Part shown: in pieces, positions 54,862-63,177 of the stretch
Layout: each line of letters opens with the position of its first letter
Position numbering within the stretch: the stretch's first letter is position 1
Translations under genes and position numbers: made by a program
NCBI GenBank assembly: GCA_965198225.1
Contig: CBDAOY010000009.1
Coordinates: 672,001-736,000, forward strand
DNA length: 64,000 bases
Reading direction: 5' to 3'
From: Terriglobia bacterium
Lineage (GTDB): Bacteria > Acidobacteriota > Terriglobia > 20CM-2-55-15
The notes under the pieces: model-generated
Database searches by the model: none
What the model was told of the DNA's origin: nothing
Seen by the model: only the letters and a program-made list of their open reading frames with translations

Positions 54862-55545
54862 GCGCCGCAAGCGGCCTGGAACACCTGAAACCGTTTCTGC
54901 CGGGCTTGGAGAGCGCCCTGGAAGATCCCGAAGTGAGCGAGATCATGATTAACGGACCCGGCAACGTCTGGGTGGAACGGGCTGGACGGTTGATGGCGCA
55001 TCCCGCGCCGGACCTGGATGAAGCGGCCCTGTTGCGGGCGGCTATTCACATCGCCCGGCCTTTGGGCCTGGACCCGGCAAGCTCGCCGATTGTCGATGCG
55101 CGCCTGGACGACGGCTCGCGGGTGGCCATCTGTGTCCCGCCCGCAAGCCCCGTCGTCGCAATCACTGTCCGGCGCTTTGGCAAGCGGACGTTTTCGGCGG
55201 CGGATTTAGTCGAGCAGGGGGCGCTCCCCGAAAACGTGCGGACGGAAGCGGAGCGGGTGTTGCACACGCGGCGAAACATCCTGGTTTCGGGGGGCACCGG
55301 ATCGGGCAAGACGACGCTGCTCAATGCACTCATCGAACTGCTGCCGGATGACGAGCGCATTGTCGCCATCGAGGACACGCTGGAGCTTCGGATAGAGCGC
55401 TCCAATTGCGTCCGATTTGAGGCTCGCGGGTTGCGGGAAGGAGCGGTCACGATCCGCGACTTGGTGCGCCACGCGCTGCGTCACCGCCCAGATCATATCG
55501 TGGTGGGCGAGGTGCGCGGTGGGGAGGCGGCGGACCTGCTGCAAC
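54858..55545 (+). pseudogene. virB11: VirB11/CpaF ATPase, 3'-truncated
   Basis: VSEIMING, SGGTGSGKTT, IEDTLEL, RHRPDHIVVGEVRG; cut after ADLLQ. Confidence 0.88.
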
Positions 55546-56189
55546 CATGACCGCACCTTGAAACGGAAATCAGAACTCGTCAGGGCCCCTACCGGGCAGA
55601 CATCCACAACGTTGATCGAATAAGGATTGTCCAGAGGTTTGTCTTCGTAGACGCCGATCTCGGATTTATGGCCGCGGCCGAAGACCTGGATCTCGTCTGT
55701 TTCAGTGACGTCTCGTGTGAAGCGAACGCAGCGGGTGCACAGGATGCAACGCTCCCTGTCGAGCTTGACTTGCGGTCCCAGGTCGAATGCTTTGAGCCGC
55801 CGTTCCTTCTGACCCAACGGGTACCGGCTGTCGTGACCGCCGTGTTCCATGTAGTAGTCCTGCAGGAAACACTCGCCCGACTGGTCGCAGACTGGGCAGT
55901 CGATCGGGTGATGCAGGAGCAGGAATTCCATCGCATACCGGACCGCTTCCTTTACGCGTTCGGTGTCGCTCCGGACGACCATTCCGTCCCGGATCGGGGT
56001 TGCGCACGACGGCATCAGCTTCGGCGCGCCTTCGGCTTCGATCAAACACATCCGGCAGCTGCCCTCGATCCCGATATCGGGGTGGTAGCAGTAGCGCGGT
56101 ATCTCGACACCCACTTCATCGGCGATCTGGATGATGGTTCGTCCGGCCGCGACGTCGTAGACCTGACCGTTGAGCGTGATGCTGGGCAT
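55545..56189 (-). pseudogene. NuoG-like Fe-S protein, N-terminal part only
   Basis: IPRYCYH, GSCRMC, HPIDCPVCDQSGEC, CILCTRC, DVCPVGALT; cut at FKVRSW. Confidence 0.88.
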
Positions 56190-56244
56190 GAGGGGTTAGG
56201 TTAGCATTTGCGCCGGCCGTGAGCGGTTGAAAATGGCGTGGGAC

Positions 56245-56325
56245 AAGTGGCCAGTGATCAGTGGCCAGAAGGGATTTACCGATCTCGCTTGCAACTGACC
56301 ATTGACCACTCGCCACTGACCACTT
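56245..56325. repeat. intergenic palindrome with heptamer-array arms
   Basis: AGTGGCC-AGTGATC-AGTGGCC-AG ... CTGACCA-TTGACCA-CTCGCCA-CTGACCA-CT. Confidence 0.8.
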
Positions 56326-56326
56326 C

Positions 56327-57145
56327 TTATTCCCCCCCTTCGATCGGCAATCCCTCCCGATTCCCCCACTCCCCCCACGAGCCCAGGTAGTTACGGACCT
56401 GCGGGTATCCGATCAATCGCAGCGCGACGTAGGTGTTCGCGGACCGGTACCCCCCCTGGCAGTAAGGGATGACTTCCCGGTCCGAGGTAACGCCCAGCCG
56501 TGCGTACTGTTCGGCGAGGTCTTCGGCCGGCTTGAACGTTCCATCCTCGTTCAGGTTGTTCTTCCATTCGAGGTGCACGGCACCAGGGATATGGCCCCCT
56601 CGAGCAGACCGGACGAGTGTGGCGTTGTGTTCGGCTTCGCTGCGGGTATCGACGATGGAGGTCGCTACCGAGCCCAGCCGTTCCAGGATGTCGTCCGCAG
56701 TTGCCAGCCGTTCACGCTGGGGGTTCGCTTTGAAATTGCCGCGCTGTGGCACGATCGCGTCTCGCCCGATGGGGAGACCGGCCGCGACCCAGGCTTCGAA
56801 GCCCCCGTCGAGCATGTGCACCGCTTCATGACCGAAAAACTCCAGAAACCAAAAGAGCCGGGCGGCTCTCTCGCCGCTGACGCGATCATGGACGACGACC
56901 CTGCTGTCTTCGGCTACACCTTTCGCCCCGATCAGGTGTTCGATGATCCAGAGGAACGCTTTCAGTGGGCCCTCCCGCGTGTCGATCAGGCTGATGCCGA
57001 AAATATCGAAGCTGCGCGCACCCGGAATGTGGCCGTTCGCGTAGTCTTCAGGTGGTCTCAGATCGAGGACGACGACGTTGGGCTCGCCCAGCCGTTCGTT
57101 CAGTTCCTGTGGCGTCCAGAGCAGGTACGGGTTTGTATATGCCAT
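56327..57145 (-). CDS. sulfurtransferase (tandem rhodanese)
   Basis: GHIPGA twice, LDGG, YCQGGYRS, YLGSWGEW. Confidence 0.93.
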   Translation of the reverse strand: MAYTNPYLLWTPQELNERLGEPNVVVLDLRPPEDYANGHIPGARSFDIFGISLIDTREGPLKAFLWIIEHLIGAKGVAEDSRVVVHDRVSGERAARLFWFLEFFGHEAVHMLDGGFEAWVAAGLPIGRDAIVPQRGNFKANPQRERLATADDILERLGSVATSIVDTRSEAEHNATLVRSARGGHIPGAVHLEWKNNLNEDGTFKPAEDLAEQYARLGVTSDREVIPYCQGGYRSANTYVALRLIGYPQVRNYLGSWGEWGNREGLPIEGGE

Positions 57146-57252
57146 GGGGACTCCTTAGACTAGCGGTAGCCAAGAAGACTACTACCCCTTGTCACGGACG
57201 AAAACACTTCGATAGAATTTACGGGCTTATTCTAGCGAAACCAACAAAGTAC

Positions 57253-58278
57253 ATGATCGAAGTTCAGAACCTTACAAAGCGATACGACACGAAAACAGCG
57301 ATCGCGAACGTCACCTTCAGCGTCGGGCAGGGAGAAGTGCTGGGTTTCCTGGGGCCGAACGGGGCTGGAAAGACGACTACGATGCGCGCGATCACAGGCT
57401 ATCTGCCGGCTACCGAAGGCCGGATCACGGTCGACGACTTCGACGTATTCGAAGAGCCGCTCCAGGCGCGCCGCCTCATCGGCTACCTGCCCGAACACCC
57501 GCCGCTCTACCTGGAGATGACAGTTGCCGGTTACCTGCGCTTTGTCGCAAAGATCAAAGGGGTTCCCAGGCGCGAGTTGAACGACGAGATCGCCCGCGTG
57601 ATGGACAAAGTGAATATCCTCGATGTCGAGGACCGAATCATCGGTCGTCTGTCCAAGGGTTACAGGCAAAGAGTCGGACTGGCTCAGGCTTTGCTGAAGG
57701 ATCCACCAATCCTGATTCTCGATGAACCGACAATCGGCCTGGACCCGAAGCAGATACACGAAGTCCGCGAGCTCATCAAGGAGTGGTCCGGACGCCACAC
57801 CGTGATTCTGTCGACCCACATCCTGCCCGAAGTTGAACAGGTCTGCAGCCGAGTAGTCATCATCGACAAAGGACGAATCGTCGCCGTCGACACGCCCGCG
57901 AACCTTGTTTCTCAGCTGAAGGGCACCGAACGAATCGTCGTCGAAGTTGCGGGTCCTGAGGAGGAAGTGCTGTCCGGGTTGGGAGCCGTCCCCGGCGTGT
58001 TGAAGGCGGATCGACTGAACACACAAAACGGTCGAATGCGCATCGAGGTGGAGAGTGATATGGGCGAAGACCTGCGGCCGTCGCTGGCAAAGATGATCGT
58101 CCAGAGCGGTTGGGGTCTGTTCGAAATGCAGTCGTCCAGGATGAGCCTGGAGGACGTATTCCTGAAGCTGACGACCGACGACGAGGAGAGCAGTGAGGCC
58201 GCCGGCGAAGCCGGTTTTGAAGACGAGCCGGCTCCGGAAGACTCCTCCGACGGCGACGGAGGTGACGTGGAGCAGTGA
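57253..58278 (+). CDS. ABC transporter ATP-binding protein (GldA-like)
   Basis: GPNGAGKTT, LSKGYRQR, ILDEPT, LSTH. Confidence 0.93.
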   Translation: MIEVQNLTKRYDTKTAIANVTFSVGQGEVLGFLGPNGAGKTTTMRAITGYLPATEGRITVDDFDVFEEPLQARRLIGYLPEHPPLYLEMTVAGYLRFVAKIKGVPRRELNDEIARVMDKVNILDVEDRIIGRLSKGYRQRVGLAQALLKDPPILILDEPTIGLDPKQIHEVRELIKEWSGRHTVILSTHILPEVEQVCSRVVIIDKGRIVAVDTPANLVSQLKGTERIVVEVAGPEEEVLSGLGAVPGVLKADRLNTQNGRMRIEVESDMGEDLRPSLAKMIVQSGWGLFEMQSSRMSLEDVFLKLTTDDEESSEAAGEAGFEDEPAPEDSSDGDGGDVEQ

Positions 58279-59057
58279 GGAACGTCCTGGCCATCGTTGA
58301 ACGCGAATTGCGTGCCTATTTCATTTCGCCCGTTGCTTACGTCGTCCTGACCATCTTTGTATTTCTGTCCGGAATCTTCTTCCAGACCATACTCAACCAG
58401 GTGATGCAGATGGCGACTGTGAGCGCCTTGCAGAGCCAGCGTTTCGGGACAGGTCCTCAACCCATCGACATGCCGGGTCTGGTGAGCCGGAGCTTCATGG
58501 GTGCTTTGAGCGTGATCCTGCTCTTCATGCTCCCGATGATCACGATGGCGCTGTTCTCCGAAGAGAAGAGGCGCGGAACGATCGAGCTGCTGCTGACCGC
58601 GCCATTAACAGACCTGCAGGTCGTGGCGGGTAAGTTTCTGGCTGCCGTTTCCTTCTACTCGATCATGCTCGCAACGACGTGGGTACCGATTTCGGTGCTG
58701 TTCTTATACGGCGATCCCGCCTGGGGGCCGATTCTGACCGGCTACCTGGGCCTGTTTCTGTACGGAGTCGCCCTGCTGGCGGTCGGTCTGTTTGTATCGA
58801 CATTGACCGAAAACCAAATTGTCGCCGCCGTGCTGAGCTTCGGTGCCATCCTTCTGCTCTGGATGGTCGATGTCGTGGCACAGAGCGCGACCTCCACGAC
58901 AAGGGCGGTCCTGACCTACATGTCGATCCTGGGACATCTGGACGACTTCATCAAGGGCGTGCTGGCGACGTCCCACGTGATCTTCTACCTGTCACTCATG
59001 TCGCTGGGTCTGTTCCTGACGTACCGGTCGATCGACTCGATGCGCTGGAGAGGTTGA
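58275..59057 (+). CDS. ABC-2 permease (GldF-like)
   Basis: RELRAYFISP, EEKRRGTIELLLT; six TM segments. Confidence 0.9.
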   Translation: MRNVLAIVERELRAYFISPVAYVVLTIFVFLSGIFFQTILNQVMQMATVSALQSQRFGTGPQPIDMPGLVSRSFMGALSVILLFMLPMITMALFSEEKRRGTIELLLTAPLTDLQVVAGKFLAAVSFYSIMLATTWVPISVLFLYGDPAWGPILTGYLGLFLYGVALLAVGLFVSTLTENQIVAAVLSFGAILLLWMVDVVAQSATSTTRAVLTYMSILGHLDDFIKGVLATSHVIFYLSLMSLGLFLTYRSIDSMRWRG

Positions 59058-59060
59058 ACC

Positions 59061-60629
59061 ATGAAGGAAACGTTAAAGAAACTCGATCTCGCAGGGCTCG
59101 TCATCATCGTCGGGACGATGGTCGTCTACTCGGTTCGCGAAGTCTGGACCATCTACCAGACGATTACCGTGGTCATCGGGGCGGTCGCTGTCGTCGTTTC
59201 CATCGCTTCAAAGCTCGACGAGATCCAAGCCCGCCTCAAGCATCGGTCTACCGGTTTCGGGATCAACTCGGGCGTTTCGATCGTTTTGCTGGTCGGTGTC
59301 CTCGGTTTCATCAACTACCTGGGTGCCGAGAACGAGCAGCGGTTCGACCTGACGACGGAGAAGATCTACAGCCTTGCCGAGCAATCCGTAAGCGTCTCCG
59401 GCGAGGTCGAGCAGGACACCCACGTGCGCGCCTTCTTTCCGAACGGCGACGACATCCCGACGCGGGAGTTACTCGAACTCTACGCCGCCCGGAACTCACA
59501 GATCGGTTTCGAGTTCATCGATCCCGACCGGCAGCCGCAGCTCGCCGAACAGTTCGACGTGAGTGTTTACGGAGATTTCAACAATCCCCTCACGGGCCAG
59601 GCCTTCCAGTTCGGCACGCTCATCCTCGAAATGGAAGATCGGCAGGAACGAATCGAAAAACAGTCCGAACCACTGCGCGAGGAAGATGTGACGAACGCCC
59701 TGATGAAGCTCATCAAGGGCGAGCAGAAGGTTCTCTACTTTATCGAAGGGCACGGCGAAAAGCTGATCGCCGAAACAGAGCGCACCGGCCTCGATGCGGC
59801 GCGAAACGCGCTGGAGCGGGAAAGCTACGTCGTCGAGACGTTGAACCTGGTCCGTGAGGAGACCATACCGGCGGATGCCGCTGCACTGGTCTGGGCGGGC
59901 CCTCAGAACGAGCCGTTTCCCGAGGAGATCGAGAAGGTGAATGCCTATCTCGAGCAGGGCGGCAGTGTTTTCGTGATGCTGGATCCGCCGCCGGCTACAG
60001 CGCTCTCTGCGTTACTGGATCGGTGGTCGCTGGACGCGGGCGACAATTTTGTCGTCGACGCCAGCGGGGTCGGCCGCCTTCTGGGTGCCGGTCCCGAGAT
60101 CCCGCTGGTCTCGCAGTACGGAACACACGTGATCACGCAGCGGTTCAACGCCATGACTTTCTTCCCGCTTGCGCGCTCGGTCGCTCCCGCCGAAGAGGTC
60201 GAAGCCGGCTTGAACGTAACCGAGTTGCTTGCCACGAGCGCCCAGAGCTGGGGGGAGAGTGATCTCGACAGCACCGAGGCCGGCTACGATCCGGAGCAGG
60301 ACCTGGGTGGGCCAGTCACGATAGGCGTCGTCATCACACGGGACCTCGACGCCGAGGAAAAGTCCCGGCTCGTCGTGTTCGGAGATTCCGACTTCGCGAG
60401 CAATGGGTTCTTCAGTCTCCAAGGCAACGGGAATCTTTTCCTGAACACCGTGAGCTGGCTGGCCGAAGACGAGAGCTTCATCTCGGTTCGACCGAAAGTC
60501 CCCGAAGACCGGCGCCTCACGCTGACGCAGTCGCAGGGTCGGATCACCTATTACATCTCACTCGTCCTGCTGCCGTTGTCGATCCTGGCGGCGGGTATCT
60601 CGGTCTGGAGCAAACGTCGGAGCGGGTGA
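59061..60629 (+). CDS. GldG-family ABC auxiliary protein
   Basis: FDLTTEKIYSL, FIDPD, GHGEK, LVVFGDSDF, N.VSWL. Confidence 0.9.
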   Translation: MKETLKKLDLAGLVIIVGTMVVYSVREVWTIYQTITVVIGAVAVVVSIASKLDEIQARLKHRSTGFGINSGVSIVLLVGVLGFINYLGAENEQRFDLTTEKIYSLAEQSVSVSGEVEQDTHVRAFFPNGDDIPTRELLELYAARNSQIGFEFIDPDRQPQLAEQFDVSVYGDFNNPLTGQAFQFGTLILEMEDRQERIEKQSEPLREEDVTNALMKLIKGEQKVLYFIEGHGEKLIAETERTGLDAARNALERESYVVETLNLVREETIPADAAALVWAGPQNEPFPEEIEKVNAYLEQGGSVFVMLDPPPATALSALLDRWSLDAGDNFVVDASGVGRLLGAGPEIPLVSQYGTHVITQRFNAMTFFPLARSVAPAEEVEAGLNVTELLATSAQSWGESDLDSTEAGYDPEQDLGGPVTIGVVITRDLDAEEKSRLVVFGDSDFASNGFFSLQGNGNLFLNTVSWLAEDESFISVRPKVPEDRRLTLTQSQGRITYYISLVLLPLSILAAGISVWSKRRSG

Positions 60630-60656
60630 AGCCAGTCCAGTGACTCCCACGAGTAA

Positions 60657-62003
60657 ATGAGGTTCAAAGGCACTATAGGCCTATTCGTCGTTTTCCTTGC
60701 CCTTCTGACCTGGGTCTACTTTACCGACGTTCGTGGACGCGAAGAAAGGGAGCAGGCGGCCGAAGATGCCGGCAAGGCTTTACCGATCGACGACGAGGCT
60801 ATTTCCCAGATCAGCATCATCTACCCGGACCGCACGATTACAGGAGTCCGGACAGATGGAGGCTGGGAAGTAACCGAACCGTCCGGCATCGAAGCCGACT
60901 CCGGTGAGTGGGACCTGCTGGCTTCCAATGTTCCGCGCATCGAACGGGACCAGACGCTCTCATCGGAGGCAGACCTCGGACAGTACGGACTTGCCGAACC
61001 GATTCTCCGAGTTGCGATCACGATGTCGGACGGCGCGACACACGAAGTTCTTTTCGGTAGCCAGAACCCACGAGAGATCTACAACTACGCCAAGCTCGCT
61101 TCGAACGACGAAGTCTTCCTGGCACCGAGCTCCTGGCTGCGGATCTTCCGCAAGGAGGTCAACGAACTCCGGGATAAGACCGTGTTGCGATTCGAACAGG
61201 ACGACATCGATCTCATAGAGCTATCCGGCCTGAACAGCCTGCGACTGCTAAGGTCCGATGAACAGTGGTCCCTTGAGGTTCCTCTCCAGACCAACGCCGA
61301 TCAAGGCGAGGTCGGCACTTTCCTGGGGGCCATCGACTTCGCGCGCGCAACCGGCTTCGCCGATGCGGATACCGAGGCCGGAACTACAGGTCTGGACGCT
61401 CCGGCCCTTCACATCCTCTTGCATGATCAGGCGAACGATCGGGACCACGTGTTGCTCATCGGTGACGAGAAGGAAGACGACGCGGATCACTACTACGTGA
61501 AGGACGACTCCCGCGACACGATCTTTGTCGTCGATTCCGACATCTTCGAGAAAGCGACCCGCACGACCTTCGACTGGAGAGACAAGACCATCGCGTCGTT
61601 CGACCGTGACGACGTGCTCTCGATAGTGCTGCGAAGAGACGCAGATCAACTCGTGCTGCGCAAGTCCGGCGAGGACTGGCTCCTACCCGACGGCAGCCTG
61701 GCGAGGTTTGACCGTGTTTCGGGCATGCTCAACTCGCTCGAGTTCCAGAGAGCGACACAGATCATCGACTCGCCAGGTGCGTTGTCCCGGTATGGTCTCG
61801 GGGAACCCGACCTGCAGGTTGTCTTTAGCGGCGACGGCCGCGACATTCTCAGCTTCGCCTTCGGTGCGGATGTCGACGATGGGGATAGCATCTACTGGAA
61901 GCTGGAACAAGGCAGCGCGGTGAAGGTGGTCTCCAAGGATGTCTTCGACCGCTTTGACGTGACAGCCGAAGACCTTATCGAAACAGCCGGGGACCCGCAG
62001 TAG
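60657..62003 (+). CDS. DUF4340 domain protein
   Basis: Repeated L.QYGL.EP / LRDK units; usual partner of GldG. Confidence 0.85.
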   Translation: MRFKGTIGLFVVFLALLTWVYFTDVRGREEREQAAEDAGKALPIDDEAISQISIIYPDRTITGVRTDGGWEVTEPSGIEADSGEWDLLASNVPRIERDQTLSSEADLGQYGLAEPILRVAITMSDGATHEVLFGSQNPREIYNYAKLASNDEVFLAPSSWLRIFRKEVNELRDKTVLRFEQDDIDLIELSGLNSLRLLRSDEQWSLEVPLQTNADQGEVGTFLGAIDFARATGFADADTEAGTTGLDAPALHILLHDQANDRDHVLLIGDEKEDDADHYYVKDDSRDTIFVVDSDIFEKATRTTFDWRDKTIASFDRDDVLSIVLRRDADQLVLRKSGEDWLLPDGSLARFDRVSGMLNSLEFQRATQIIDSPGALSRYGLGEPDLQVVFSGDGRDILSFAFGADVDDGDSIYWKLEQGSAVKVVSKDVFDRFDVTAEDLIETAGDPQ

Positions 62004-62012
62004 TCCGCTGGT

Positions 62013-62035
62013 GTAGGTGCGGTCTATGACCGCAC
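62013..62035 (+). repeat. GTAG-type REP sequence (copy 2)
   Basis: GTAG-GTGCGGTC-TAT-GACCGCAC perfect hairpin just after a stop codon. Confidence 0.75.
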
Positions 62036-62047
62036 ATCTTCGGGTGT

Positions 62048-62707
62048 TTGCTGAGCAGAAAGGTTGGGGAAGGCGAATACCTACACCCGCCTGTCCGAGA
62101 CGTGATGCTGAAGCACTTACTTCGTGCCCGACGCTTCTTCGGAAACCTAGTTGCCCGCCGCGACCTCCCCGCGCTTTACGACACGTCTTACTCCGCCGAC
62201 CCACAACCCTCCATCACGGGTATCGCCCGTTCCATGGTTTCGAGCTTCGTCGAGGGCGCGCGCAGAAACAAGATCGCTTCGATCCTCGCCCTGGTCGCGT
62301 TGATCGTCGTCCTTCCGCTCGCTCTCACCAGTCGCTACGACGAACGGCCGCGGTACCGTCAGGTGATTCTTCCAGGCATCCAGCGCCTGGAGCAACGCTA
62401 CCATGCGGCCCTGGCACGAGCCGCCGAGGAGCCAAGCGCCTCCCGGCGCGTCTATCACCTTATCGACGCCCACGCTCGAGTCGTGGATGTGCTCGATTTC
62501 ATCCGTTCCCGGAGGGCGGTAACCGCCGACGGAACCCGAGCCCATTCGGAGCTAATCCGGTACTACAGGCTGGTGGACGACCACTTCGCCATCATCCGTA
62601 GTGAGATGAGTATCGATGAGGACATCGATTTCCTGGAGCGCTGGGAGGAGATAAGCGCCGACATCCAGCCTATTTATGATCGGTGGTCCACCTGGATCGC
62701 GGAGTGA
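62048..62707 (+). CDS. hypothetical membrane-anchored protein (start uncertain)
   Basis: ORF with one TM helix and a helical C-terminus. Confidence 0.55.
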   Translation: MLSRKVGEGEYLHPPVRDVMLKHLLRARRFFGNLVARRDLPALYDTSYSADPQPSITGIARSMVSSFVEGARRNKIASILALVALIVVLPLALTSRYDERPRYRQVILPGIQRLEQRYHAALARAAEEPSASRRVYHLIDAHARVVDVLDFIRSRRAVTADGTRAHSELIRYYRLVDDHFAIIRSEMSIDEDIDFLERWEEISADIQPIYDRWSTWIAE

Positions 62708-62787
62708 ATCTCCAAGCCAAGCGATGCCAAAAGCATTTCTATACATAAGAGGCACTAATACCGTCTCGAGGCTGCGACGGGTCGATT

Positions 62788-62870
62788 GTGCGTGCGAAGT
62801 TGATCAATGGAGTAGCCGGATAGCCGGAAAGGCGTGTCCGAGACGACCGATCGAAGCCGGCTCCCGAGGC
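62788..62870 (+). ncRNA. candidate cis-regulatory RNA / orphan riboswitch
   Basis: TTGATC/GATCGA stem, CGGATA-GCC-GGAAA-GGC-GTGTCCG hairpin, possible GGAG/CTCC pseudoknot; followed by a terminator. Confidence 0.4.
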
Positions 62871-62878
62871 CCGGAAGT

Positions 62879-62913
62879 CGCCGATTCTATTGCCAGATCG
62901 GGGCTTTTTTTTT
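62879..62913 (+). terminator. putative intrinsic terminator
   Basis: CCGAT...ATCGG stem followed by a T9 run. Confidence 0.55.
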
Positions 62914-63177
62914 GCCGTAAAACTTGACTCTAGGGTCAGGATCGAATAGCTTGCATACAAAGTGGATAAACGAGTTATGCGTCGTGAGGACGGATCGTTT
63001 TTCTTGAACAATGGGGATCGAGCGCACCGAAAGGAAGCGGCGTGAACTGGGGAAGTCCGCCAGCGGTAAGCGTTGCTCGAGAAACGCGTCTCCGTAACCG
63101 ACGGCATAAACCATTGAACCCGCACCCCGGGTAGGGGTGTGGATTGTCTTGTTTACGTTAGTGTGGAGGTACACTAA

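Noticed and set aside
28782-55545. Integrase and attR for the island; prophage interpretation of CI/Cro/AlpA
   Set aside because: No tyrosine or serine recombinase motif or tRNA 3' duplication was seen; no phage structural genes, and the linked genes are conjugative
62751-63170. Cobalamin or c-di-GMP-I riboswitch before the TonB receptor
   Set aside because: No B12-box; only partial GEMM-like words, and the central GAAAGCC segment is absent
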